A stretch of DNA of 61,688 nt, counting the filler, from Nemertoderma westbladi (lineage: Eukaryota; Animalia; Xenacoelomorpha), in the NCBI GenBank assembly GCA_032718475.1. It is 3 parts of 3 records of this genome, joined end to end, with 100 filler letters (N's around TTAATTAATTAA, not from the genome) between each part and the next. Parts side by side here need not be neighbours in the genome. Positions count along the whole stretch, not along the records: positions 1 to 16,956 come from JAUCBJ010006636.1; positions 17,057 to 40,305 come from JAUCBJ010007899.1; 1 more part is not named here. One strand, 5' to 3'. The notes below the pieces were generated by a model. It searched no databases. It had not been told where the DNA came from and worked only from the letters and a program-made list of their open reading frames with translations. The position numbers and the translations under genes were made by a program. Within the stretch, counting starts at the first letter, position 1. The number at the start of each line of letters is the position of its first letter. Of this stretch, positions 13,656 through 25,398 are shown piece by piece.

Positions 13656-14669
13656 TTTTATTTCATTTTTTAACAAACCTTTTTTACAAACGAGGTTTTA
13701 AATAATCTCTATGAATTCAAAGATATGTTATTCCTATTATATGTAAAACCTTTTAGTGTAATCTACTGATCCTCCAATTTTTATTCAACATATAATTATT
13801 TTACTTAGAGGTTAAACTTTTTTTTTTTAACTATTATTCGCGAACTAGTAGTTTTAACCAGATTTTAACCATTACATATGCTATTAAATATAATTTATGT
13901 AGTTCTAACATAACTTATTTACATATATCAACGTACTTAGATTTATTTTGTATTATTGTTCGATTGTTGATTTTACTTGTACAGGTTCAACAAGCTTAGG
14001 CTTTCTAATACCTTAAACATTAAACATAAACATTAAACTTAAACATTAAACATATATCTGATTGAAGGTCTTTGCATTGGCTTGTCGGTACTTTTTGTTG
14101 TTCTGTTAACTATTTTATTATGTTATTGTCAATGTTCATATTTTAATTGCGTAACTTTTAGCTGATTTGACGTCTAATAAAAAATTCCAATTCCAATTCC
14201 TACACAAAGATAAAAATTAATTATGACCTATATAATAATCACTAAAAACGTGCATATCATGTTCTCAATTATTGTTCACAATTGGCAGTAATAATCAACA
14301 AGTAGGCCTCAACTGGTATTTTTATTTTGGCTATAGCTACCTAGTTTCCAGTCCTGGTATAAATAAATAACATTCTAGAAGTCCATGAGTAGGCCAAGTG
14401 CAGAAGTGACGTACTGTAAAACTGTAGTAAGTTAGACAGGTACCGGTCCTATCTGCCTATACTCAGATTATTAGTCCAATAATTAATTGTGAATTCAATA
14501 CCGGTAACCCATGCAACAGGTACCGGTATAGCTGTATATAGGCCTGCTATGACAATAAGTGACTGTCTGAGCCAAACGTCTGAGCTAACTTCAGAAGTTA
14601 GCTTCCTATTGGTTAATACAACTACTGAACTATTGGTTAATCGACCCCCGTAGGCCTAACTACAGAACT

Positions 14670-15152
14670 ATGGCGACGAGTTCCGGAGAATCGCAACCGG
14701 TAAACCTAATGCAGGTCCCCCTCCCTAAACTAAACGAACTGAAGAAGAACCTCCAAGAGGAGGTTTCCTTCCTCGAAACGGGAATGTCGCAACTAAAACA
14801 CGCCCAGCAGAAATTCTCCGAGAGCGGAAACAGTGTCCGAGGATTGAACGGAAACGAGATCCTAGTGCCGCTAACCTCGTCGATGTACGTGTCCGGCCGA
14901 CTAACCAACCCGGACAGCGTGCTACTGGACGTTGGAACCGGATACTTCATCGAACGAGACCGCCAATATGCGGAGAAATACTTCGAGAAGAAAGTCGCCT
15001 TTATTTCCGAGGAAATACGAAAAGTCCAGGAGCCTTACAGAGAGAAGAGTAAAGTCTACCAGATGGTGTGTCAGGTTGTCGCATTGAAGATGAAGCAAAT
15101 GCAGCAGCAAGCCAGTCAGACAGCAGCTACCGGTACCGGTACCGCTACATAG
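14670..15152 (+). CDS. PFDN5: Prefoldin subunit 5 (alpha-type prefoldin), single exon
   Basis: 160 aa ATG-to-stop ORF with EILVPLTSSMYV.G and VLLDVGTGYFIE motifs between coiled coils. AATAAA at ~15196; two ATTGG (reverse CCAAT) boxes at ~14609 and ~14632. Confidence 0.95.
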   Translation: MATSSGESQPVNLMQVPLPKLNELKKNLQEEVSFLETGMSQLKHAQQKFSESGNSVRGLNGNEILVPLTSSMYVSGRLTNPDSVLLDVGTGYFIERDRQYAEKYFEKKVAFISEEIRKVQEPYREKSKVYQMVCQVVALKMKQMQQQASQTAATGTGTAT

Positions 15153-15378
15153 CTCTTATATATCAGTATATATAAATATAATTATTTAGTTATTAAATAA
15201 ATTAAATACTGAAATTGTGTTAAATACATATATTTCAGTATTTGTTGTCGTTTAACAAATAATTCCCCTCCATTATCCAGATATCAGCCAAACATAATCT
15301 TGTTATCTTAATTAATTAGACTTTATTTTATTATTTTAGTTAACCAATAGGAGTAGATGGATATGTACAATGCCAATA

Positions 15379-15608
15379 GGGGCCTATGGTGTCTGTGGAC
15401 TATGGTATCTGGGGACTATGGTGTCTGGGGACTATGGTATCTGGGGACTATGGTGTCTTGGGACTATGGTATCTGGGGACTATGGTGTCCGGGGACTATG
15501 GTATCTGGGGACTATGGTGTCCGGGGACTATGGTGTCTGAAGACTATGGTGTCTGGGGAATGGTGTCTGGGGACTATGGTGCAGGAGACTAATGGTATCT
15601 GGGGACTA
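15379..15608. repeat. 16-bp G-rich minisatellite (GGGGACTATGGTRTCT), ~14 copies
   Basis: Directly visible tandem units. Confidence 0.95.
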
Positions 15609-16956
15609 TTATTATTATTATTATTATTATTCACGTACACCAGTTACCTGGGAACAAAGTATGCACTGTACTTACATAGATACATGGTGTAGATAGAGCA
15701 CAATTTGTTATAATGGTTGAACATAAACGGCAGTAAATGAAGGAACACCAAACAAAAACACCAAAACCACAAAATTAGACAGATGAAACGTAATCCAATA
15801 TAGATTTCAGCTCAATATTTGAAAAATTATCTACAGAAGCAACATTGGAGATCGCATCAATTAATTCTCTGCACAAAGTAATTCTCCACTCATCTTCAAC
15901 TGCACAAATAGAGTACTTAAGTTTTCTAGCTACCAAATTAGCAGTTAATTGCGTAATATCTGATATACCAATGAGATTTGCAATATACCGTAAATTACAC
16001 CCACTAGTACTCCTACAATCGTATAGAAATCGGTAGCCTAGGAACCGCAGACACAATCTATCTGAAGAAATAATCGAATTAGTAAAGTTAATAAAATTTT
16101 TACACATTGAGATCCAAGGATGAGGAAAATTAACCAAACCTTCTACTATAAACCTATGCGAGTTATAAGGTAAACCACAAACAATTCGAACGTTAGTATT
16201 CCAACTATTGAAAAACTTCTTACATTCCATTGATTGAAAATTCCATAAACTACTACCATACAAATCTAAAGCATATAAACGTTGAATGTAAGTTATATTT
16301 GCCGGGTGACAGTAATAAAATTCGTGTTTAAGATTATTAAGTTTACCTATTAATTTACCCCGTTTCAACAAAATGTCATCTGAAAAACAGCACTTAAAAT
16401 CTAGCACATTGCCCAAATGGGTTGCCTTTTTAACCCAAGGCAAAACACAGTTACCTATAACAATTAACGCAGTTGGTGGGTTCCAACATTTGCTAAAAGG
16501 GATACACTTACATTTACTTTTGGATTGGTCACTACTTACACTAAGTCGCAAACCAAATTCTCTACAAAACCTTTGGCATATATTAACCAGAAACTGCAGA
16601 CCGGACACTGATGGGCACAAAAGAAGAACATCATCAGCGTACGCCAAAACACCAAAATACTGCCCTCCTACAAAACACCCCACCCTACAAGATCGCAGTG
16701 ACTTAATTAATATATTCAATACCACACAAAACAAAATCGGGGAACAAACTGAACCCTGACGCACTCCATTCGAAGTATTAAATTGAAAAGAGAGAGCGTT
16801 TAACCATTTAACTGAACAAATTTGGTTTTTATAAATAAATAACAGACATCTCAAATATAAGACAGAAAATCCCTTTTTAATTAGCTCTAGGAATAATTTT
16901 GGCCATTCGACTAAATCAAAGGCCTTCGTGAAATCTAAAAGGCAGCCAAACACCTA
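15609..16956 (-). mobile_element. Non-LTR retrotransposon 3' part (RT ORF 15775-16953, short 3' UTR, (TAA)n tail), cut by the gap; clade uncertain (RTE-X/Proto2-like?)
   Basis: LDFTKAFD, GVRQGSVCSP, LAYADD, HLGNVL and LYGSSLW motifs; (TAA)n at 15609-15631 on the element strand. Confidence 0.88.
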
Positions 16957-17056
16957 NNNNNNNNNNNNNNNNNNNNNNNNNNNNNNNNNNNNNNNNNNNN
17001 TTAATTAATTAANNNNNNNNNNNNNNNNNNNNNNNNNNNNNNNNNNNNNNNNNNNN
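16957..17056. other. Scaffold gap with artificial TTAATTAATTAA spacer
   Basis: 44 N + TTAATTAATTAA + 44 N. Confidence 0.98.
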
Positions 17057-18050
17057 GAAACAAGAATTATGGGGGAAGTACTCATAGTATGGCCCCCATA
17101 TGGATAGTACGTCCCACCACTTTCTGAGCTCGGACAGCTCTCCAGCAGCATTCCTGCCACCTGCATACCACTTCTGGAGTATGTCGGATGCCTCTTCCAA
17201 CTCATACAGGAGTGGGATCATTCCAATTGCATAGCTCGGCATTGCAAGCGGGTCGCCCTGGGTGAATCCTTCAGAGGAGGAAATGTATTCGCCCCCAATG
17301 AAGAATTTTGTGGGCTGGCTGTAACAGTTTGTCACTCTAGTCTTTAGAGCTGGGCAAACTAGACCAATGTTCTGGGTTGCGGCTGCATGCTTAATAGAGT
17401 TTAAGGCATTGTTAGCATCCACCTGTAAAACTGCTTTTACCATGGATACAGAGGAGGCTGCTCAGAACCATTTGGGCATCAATCTTCTCGAAGAGAACAC
17501 TGTGGTACTCATGTGTACAGTAGAACTCCCTGAGTAGTATGAGTGAGTCTGCTGGTACTGCAGGGGGATGCTTGTCCAGCAGAAATACCTTCACAGTCTT
17601 TGTGGCACTGTTCTTATTAGTTACTGACTCATCCAGTTTGAGGACACCTCATTCGATAACTCATCCAGACTGTGAACAGCAGCACTTACATTGCCCACCA
17701 ACATATGATGGCAGAATGCACACTCTACTACTGCATTATGGATGTCAGTGGTAGTTGAGGATCTACGAACGGGATGTGCATGGATCACACTGGCCTCTTT
17801 TGTTAGTTTATCAAAGAGCCCGCGTTTCCAAGAACCAAACCAGCGTTCCAGAACCCACCACCGATGAGTCGCAGCATTAGACAAACGTGATGGGCTGTCA
17901 AAAGGCCCTGATTATCAGGGCTGTCAAAGCAGCATCCTCGAATCCGGATATGTCTGAGAACAGGTTGAGAAGGCGAGACATCTCAGAAACAATTTCCGGG
18001 CCAGACGCACCTGGAGGCAGTATAAATAGACGTCGCCAATGAACTATTAA
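17057..18050 (-). mobile_element. Decayed CRE-like (RLE-type) non-LTR retrotransposon fragment
   Basis: LQVDANNALNS, EGFTQGDPLAM, a degenerate WYA(DD) and WWDVL..GPYY; frameshifted across several short ORFs. Confidence 0.7.
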
Positions 18051-18061
18051 GTTATAAGCTC

Positions 18062-18687
18062 TGTGACGGGATCCTAGAGTTGGCAGTATGGATCCTGACC
18101 GGTGTGTGTCTTATACACGTCGCCTCGTCCGTAGGCTGCTAAAGCTGTAGTCTGGATATGTATAATAGGCCGAAGGCCGTTGAAATAACTGAGTTTTTAC
18201 TGTTAGTTGTTGTAATCACAGAACATAATAATAGCACAGTCAGAATATAATAGCACAGTAATGACGACGGTTAAAAACTGTTCCGGTCTCACAACTGTAT
18301 AGAAACCAACTGAATCAGAATCAATAAGTGCAACGGTTATATTATTAACACATATTAATCACCTCTACTCTACTGAGTGGCCTGTCCAATAGATGCGCTC
18401 TAGTCACTTCCAATGTGTTTTCCCACCCATCATTGGCTTAACCTGATTAATTGTCACCTCGCCACTCCCTGTTGCCACTGTCCCCACGTGCTAGCCTTCC
18501 TAGCCCCTTTGTCCCTCTGAGATGGTTTGACTTCACAACTTTCCCTGTGGCTGGCGATGTGTATTGCCTTAGTTGGTTATGAGGTGACATTATTATTGGT
18601 AATGTCACCTTCCCAACTATAATTGGTAAAATGCCATTAGTCCCATTTTTGGTGGGTAGTGCAGGGAATTGAATCCACTTACAAACA
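18062..18687. mobile_element. Solo LTR (copy 1)
   Basis: TGTGAC...TTACA termini (plus an extra AACA), flanked by AGCTC at 18057-18061 and 18688-18692. Colinear with 29395-30000. Confidence 0.8.
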
Positions 18688-18984
18688 AGCTCGGTTTACC
18701 TTTACAAGGAATGACAAAACTGGGATTGACTGATTAATCCAGGGGATTCTTGGCTGTGGCACTGGCTTAACCAGTGCCTAATTAGTGCATCCATTGACCC
18801 CTAAAGGAAGGCAATTGTTATATTGAATGGAAGCTCTCATGCAACAACAGTTGCTACATGTTCCGCGTAAAGTACAGTAGCAACACGTGGCACCATACAA
18901 TCGACTGTCATGGGATAACCAACATAAATACAAGACTGAGAAACATAATAGTGGCCAGAGTTGTGACCAGAGTTAACCATGACC

Positions 18985-19380
18985 CCAGACCCAGTCTGGC
19001 TGACACTGGAATTACTGACCGCAGACTGTACAACACCAGACTAACCAGCACCAGACTGTCCAACCCCGGAATGACTGATACCAGACTGACTGGCATCAGA
19101 ATGACCAGCTCCAAACTGACTAACCACAGACTGACCAAGACCAGATTGACCAACACCAAAATGACTAGACTGACCGATTCCAGACTGACCAACTCCGGAC
19201 TGACTGATCCCAGACTGACCTAGACTAGAATAACCAACACTGGAATGACCAACTCCAGACAGACTGGCCCCAGACTGACCAAGACCGGAATGACTGAGCC
19301 CAAACTGACCAACACTGGAATGACTGAGCCCCGACTGACCAACACCTGCCTGACTGCCACCAGACTGACCAGTGTGGAAT
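18985..19380. repeat. Degenerate ~15-bp minisatellite (CCAGACTGACCAACA-like)
   Basis: Recurring GACTGAC core at ~15-bp spacing; generates T/R/L- and S/G-rich ORFs. Confidence 0.8.
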
Positions 19381-19889
19381 GAGTCGTTGTCTGGGCTACC
19401 TTGGGTCATACATCATACACTGGCCATTACTATGCAGGGCCGAAATCTATGAATTGTTGTTTGGATTTCTGCATCCTGACATGGTAGGGCAGCTGGTACA
19501 AGCCCTTGCCGAATGGGTGCAGCTGCATTTGCTCATTGGCCATCATGTCTCGACAAAGCAGGAACAACAATGCTGGGACCAAAGTGACACCTCTTCTAAG
19601 TGCTCACCAGCACTTTAGGTGCATTATAGGTTATATAGGTACTGAAAAGAAAAAATATACCTATCTAAATAAATTTATCACTAATATTATTTTATATTAC
19701 CAAGCTTTTACATTAACACATATTATCAATTAACATAATATCTAATAGGGTTACGAGTTACAGTAATTATTGAATTCATAAATGATGTCTGAGGTAGTAG
19801 CTCTATGTTTGTAATACTTTCAAGGTAAGAAGTTTTAAGTGTTTAAATCTCATCTATCCCATCATAGAAGGTAGACATGTACAGAACAA

Positions 19890-20572
19890 AAAGAATCCCA
19901 CAAGAAATGAAAACAAATAAGTTTGTGCCAGTTCCCAAGAAGGGCAACCTAACACTCTATGGTTCTTTTCGGGGAATCTCATTGATCTCGATTGCTGTAA
20001 AGCTATACAATCGCATCATTTAAATCTATTAATCTACTATTCGCATCTATTAAATCGCATCACGGATCCCATTGAGAGACTGCTCCGTGGAAATCAGAAT
20101 GGGTTCCATAAAGGTCGTGGGACCATGGAGCCCATTTTGGCACGTAGAAGGATAATTGAAGAGTTATCAAAAAAGAAAGAAAGGCATCTGGCTGTTTTCT
20201 TTGTTGACTTCTTCAAGGCCTTTGATTCAGTCTCTCGCTCACGTATGTTCAGCACAGTTTCATTATATGGGATTCCTGATTAAATTTTTGCAGCAATCAG
20301 ATCAGTAGTATACAATGGTTCGACAACAATTGTGTCTACTGTTGATGGTGACACAGAACCATTTGAAGTATTATGGGGAGTCCTCCAAGGAGACACACTT
20401 GTACCATTCTTGTTCATAACTGTGGTTGACTATGTTCTACGCATGTCCTTAGATAATAATAATGATGATGGGGTGATGATAACTCCACCTACTGGTTCCA
20501 GAAGTCGAGGAAACCCTGCCAAGTACCTAACTGATCTAGACTTTGCTGATGATTTAGGAGTACTCTCAGAAT
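19890..20572 (+). mobile_element. Decayed RTE-clade LINE RT fragment
   Basis: VPVPKKGN..FRGISL, NQNGF, FVDFFKAFDSV, GVLQGDTL and DLDFADD, with stops and frameshifts. 20320-20570 is nearly identical to the reverse complement of 22853-23100. Confidence 0.85.
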
Positions 20573-22058
20573 TAGTTTATATCTTTTCTAAGGTTAATGC
20601 TCTTTGCAGCAGCGATCACTTCAGCCAAGGAGATACCTGCAATGGGAATATCTGGGAGTACAGACTCGTACACTTTTACTTCCTTAAAGTTATCAGGAAA
20701 TACCCTGTCATTATTGACGAGCTTTTTTAAAGTGGGTCTTCTAACCATTGAGGCAATAATCGGCTGGTGATTCTGATTCTTATTAGTGGTTGATTGGCTT
20801 TTCCTCAGAGTCGCAAGGTGATTGATTTCCATGCCTAGGATGATTGCCTGCTGTCATCGGCATTATTGATAGCATCAGCATCATTAATGGCATCGCCATC
20901 ATTGATGGCATCGGCATGATTGATGGCATCAACCTGCTGGTTGATAAGTCCCTGTAGATTATCAAAGTACTTCCTGTTCATGGACCTGCCAAGAATGCAG
21001 CCATAACTGCATTCTTGGACACTCTAGACAGTTTGATTCAGGACTCTTTCTGTGCCTTAGTGAGATCGTTTCGGCACTTCAGAATTGTTTGGCCTGTCCC
21101 AGTGTCCCGGGTGCATATTTACAAACCCCATACTGTCTCGATACTGGCAATGCAATTCAACCTAAAGGAAGAACCAATCAGAGACCAGCAGATAATAAAT
21201 AACTGGTGCTGAGACGGTATGGGGTTTGGGAATACACCATTTCCAAACCCTATGCGATGTCGGCATTTTGATAAATAAATTGAGATTGAGCTGTGAATGC
21301 AAATATTAGTGGGAATATTGCCCTCGGCACATAGCATATGTTATGTGAGCAGTCATAAATAAGCCAATTTTACTGTTGGATCGGCTTAAGTTGGCTTAAG
21401 TATGAATGCTATTTGATTTTAACTTTGTGCCTCCATTTGCCCGCATCTTATGGGTTTTTAATTTAATACAAGATATATATATATATATATGTGGAGAGAC
21501 AATAGTGGTACTTTACAGTGGTGCAAAATTCATGTTCTTTTATCATAAAGTAGAAGCAGATATTTATTTACTGAAGTCAGATATTAATTAAACCATTTCC
21601 ATTAATTACGGTAGTAAACCTTGCGTAATGCAATTCATATATCCATATCATGTGAATAATATGATGTTTAAAATTAAAATATAATATATGATCTCATGCG
21701 TCTATTCTTCCTTTCCAACGGAGCACCGATTTTTGCTTTAGTGTAAATGTTCTGGCGCAATTCCTGATTTTGATCATATGTCTTTGATGCTAGGCTATAT
21801 AGAAAATAAATTTATATTTATTATACCTGTGTTCAAGGTAATTTATAAAAATGTAAATAGAATTTAAGAATAATATGAAAAGTAAATAATAATTTATTAG
21901 AAATATCCCTCTTCATTATTATTATATATTTATTTTCCTGCTGATCTTCACTCCAATTCGTTTTTCACTTTCAGTTGCACGCGCATGGCACGCCCATTGC
22001 GCATTGCCCACATATATATCCCCATTATTTTATCTTTTCCATTTAATAAGTGGCGACA

Positions 22059-23102
22059 TACTACTACTAGGATCGGCATGCTGCATTGCAGCTGCATTTT
22101 TAAGAATGCTGTGCCGGCTTATCGACAAAATTGCACCGCCACAACTCCCTATCACCCATGACATTTGCTAGATCATCCGCATCTTCAAGGCCAGTGTCCT
22201 TTAAGATGCGTCTCAAGAAAGTCATGGGCTGTCCACCATGCTTATTCACTCCATGAGGCTGCCAAAGTACAAGATTATGCACTGGCTGGTCCTCACGGCG
22301 AAAGCAATGTCCTGCAAAGCGGAGGCGATTTTGTTCTAGTGTCAACCTTGGGGGAACCAATGAGACACCTCCAATGTTATATAGTGTCTGGTTGGAGATG
22401 TGTGCATTGAACTTGACACAATGAACCCGGCGTAGCATTCTTGTGAATGTGCCGTCCAGAGATTTGGTGTCCTCAGCAGTTAGAGCCCAGCACGGACTCC
22501 CATAGAGGAGTACTGGAACTACTGCTGCTCTAAATAACCGGACCTTAAGTTTCCGATTAATTCTCGGTGAATTCCAAATCCTGGAAAGCCTATTCAAGGC
22601 TGCCCATGCCTTTCCCTTACGTATTCGAAGGTCCTCACCTGACTTCCGGAACCATGATCCCAGGTAACAGAAGTCATCCACATGCTCAAGCATACCATCT
22701 TTTGAGCTTATGCTCATCCGATCAGAAACTTGCTGAGGACTTTCAAAGTTAACTGTCAAAATTTTGGTCTTTCTGGAGTTAATAAAAAGACCAACACTAG
22801 AAGCAGCATGTTCTAATGAGCTGAGGAGCCGTTGGGCTCCCTCTAGTGATTCTGAGAGTACTCCTAAATCATCAGCAAAGTCTAGATCAGTTAGGTACTT
22901 GGCAGGATTTCCTCGACTTCTGGAGTCAGTAGGTGGAGTTATCATCACCCCATCATCATTATGATGATCTAAGGACATGCGTAGAACATAGTCAACAACA
23001 ATTATGAACAAGAATGGTGCAAGTGTGTCTCCCTGGAGGACGCCCCATAACACTTCAAATGGTTCTGTGTCACCGTCAACAGTAGACACAAATGTTGTCG
23101 AG
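22059..23102 (-). mobile_element. 5'-truncated RTE-clade LINE with intact RT C-terminal frame and short (TAG)n tail
   Basis: GVLQGDTLAP, DLDFADD, FCYLGS, LLYGSPCW and RFAGHC motifs in ORF 22100-23158; (TAG)3 downstream of the stop. Confidence 0.9.
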
Positions 23103-23710
23103 TAGTAGTAGTAGTAGTAGTAGTGTCTACTATGATGGGATAGATGAGCTTTAAACACTCAGGTGTTTTAAAGACCTCAGGGGGAACACCGCCTGGGGTT
23201 TGTAAGTGGTATATTCCTAAACCCCTTACGGTCTCAGCACTGAGTTCCTTGCCGCAACTGCAGATCTCAGGATTGTTTCTTAATTCAGGTTTAATTACAT
23301 TGCCAAGACTGTATGGGGTTTGTAAATATGCGTCCCGGGTGCCTTTTTCCTGTTGCGGGGGTATAGAGCAACAGCTACATTTGTCTATACAGCCCCAGAT
23401 GGCACCTCCTTTATACTGCATGAAGGTGGTAGGTTTTCTCGATCAATGACCCAGAATACCTGACCTGGCCTTAGACTATACTATACACACACATTCTTAT
23501 TTTGTATTCAGTACATACTGAACTATTAGGCCAAACTTTTGAAACCTGAAATGACAAATATGATCAGTATACTATTTTAGAGTTAATTTAGTCTAAAAGC
23601 CAACATAAATAATTATTAGGCAAACATAAATAATACATTTAGTATAATTGCAGAGTTGTTTTAAACCTTTTTATCACCACTATTATTACCACCTTTACTT
23701 CCTAATTCAG

Positions 23711-23905
23711 GTATTTGTTGTAGACAGCTTGGCTGATGCCTACCTCCACAGTTTGGGCAGCAACACCGGGAATCTTTGTGGAGCTGCTGATTCTTCTGCT
23801 GTTCAAAATATCAGCTGTGGAGGGAAACAAGGTCGTTATGTGGTCGTCTTCCAGGGAAACAGCCAACCACTGACGCTCTGCGAAGTTAAAGTTTATCCTC
23901 AATAG
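23711..23905 (+). CDS. Probable terminal exon encoding the C-terminal half of an F-type lectin (fucolectin/FTP) domain
   Basis: ...LCG...ISCGGKQGRYVVV...LTLCEVKVY-stop matches the GRYV...LxLCEVxV signature; pyrimidine tract plus CAG acceptor at 23708-23710. Confidence 0.7.
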   Translation, partial: VFVVDSLADAYLHSLGSNTGNLCGAADSSAVQNISCGGKQGRYVVVFQGNSQPLTLCEVKVYPQ

Positions 23906-24052
23906 ACCTTCAGCTTTTGCTGTTTCAAAAGACCTGTATTATGCTGATTGATTGTTTTACTGATTGTATTAGACTCAGTATTATGCTGATGGTGGTAGGA
24001 ACGACTGATATGCATTAATCCTATTATCATTATCTCTTTATCTAATAATTAA

Positions 24053-25398
24053 CCCTATTACCACTGGGGAGGTGGAGAATCGCCCCCCCCCCCCCCCCAT
24101 AAAATTGCTGTAAAACTATACAAAAACATTATGTATCTGCCCAATTTTTTAGAGAATTAACCATATTATTTAATAGCGCATCTTTTGCAAAAAACGGCGT
24201 AGCGGTTGGATTTCTACTTTTCGATGTGGGTGCCACCTAAAAATTTGGTTCCCAGCAAAAATATTTTTAAAATTTTGGAATTTTATAAGGTCAGTTGTAA
24301 GTTGGTCCTTGTGATGTTTTTGGTTGTTTTAATTGATTCTGATTGATATGGAGCACTCCACTGCTCTATACAAGTATGTACGTGTAGTGGTACGTCATTT
24401 TTGGTTCACCAAAACTAGGACGTGGTACTTCAAATTTTGATATATTCCAGTTTCGGAAAATATGCTAAACGTTTTGATTTCAATGCATTTTTATAGGTTT
24501 TCTGGAACGCTTAATCGATTGAAAAAGAAAAGCGTCAAGTATTAGTTGTACTTCATTTTTGGTGCAGCAAAATTAGGGTGAGGCACTTGCCAAAATTTCA
24601 AAATTACGTTAGTCGGAAAATGCACCAAGGTTTTGATTTTAACGCATTATTCATAGGTTATCTGGACCGCTGAATCGATTGAAAGTAATATTGAAGCCTC
24701 ATGTCTTAGTGTTACGACATTATTAGTGCACCAAAATTAGGGTGTGGCAATTTTTCAAATTTTAGCGTGCCACGCCCAAATTTTGGTGCACCAATATTGA
24801 CGAACCACAGAAAATCTATAAATTGCGTTAAAACCCTCACTTTGGTGTAGTTTCCGAATCTTGAACACTCTAATTTTGGAGCTACAAAATAGAGCTACCA
24901 CTAGGTAGTCATATTTTTAGAGTCATTCGAATCAGCGACCGAACCAGAGAAACCTATAAAAAGTGCTGAAATCAAAAAATGGTGGTATTATTATCCGGGT
25001 CTCATATTTTTCAAAATTTGAAGTGCCACGCCCACTTCTCAGATGTATGAAAAATAGCATACCACTTAATTTTCGGGTATAAAATATCACCTTGCCGTCC
25101 AATAGCGTCTTGAAATCGGATTCGATTGAACGTCTAGAGCTAGCCTACAAAGGCACACTATTAGTTATTTTAAAATCAAAAATTTTGAAATGTGGTCCTG
25201 GGACTACTTATATTTTTCATGAAAATGATGATACCAAGCTTACGAAATTTTCATTTTTTAAGATTTGGAAGTGCTCTTCGATAATTTTTTCACTTACAGC
25301 CCAAATTTTGTAGGATTTTATTGGACAATTACTAAAATACATTAGGGCCGAATCGGCTCCCCTGCTGCTAATGGTCTTAACACCCCAGTGGTAATGGG
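24053..25398. mobile_element. Non-autonomous DNA transposon (piggyBac-like ends)
   Basis: Left TTAA-CCCTATTACCACTGGGG and right CCCCAGTGGTAATGGG form imperfect TIRs. Internal inverted sub-repeats (GGGTGTGGCA/TGCCACGCCC, TGGTGCACCA); no transposase ORF. Right TTAA is degenerate. Confidence 0.65.

Larger units (their letters stand above)
11399..14387. repeat. Pair of diverged inverted repeats (11399-11472 and 14300-14387)
   Basis: Three blocks (CATGGACTTCTAGAAT, TTATACCAGGACTGGAAACT, AAATACCAGTTGAGGCCTACTT) recur reverse-complemented and in mirrored order. Confidence 0.75.

Noticed and set aside
15357-15692. W/G-rich ORFs
   Set aside because: Translations of the 16-bp minisatellite.
17001-17012. 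TTAATTAATTAA motif (also 40350-40361)
   Set aside because: Artificial all-frame stop spacer inside assembly gaps.
18858-19620. Repeat-rich ORFs and a Cys-rich minus-strand stretch (KCSC...CTSC...CRNP)
   Set aside because: Derived from a degenerate 15-bp repeat or bounded by stops; too short to assign.
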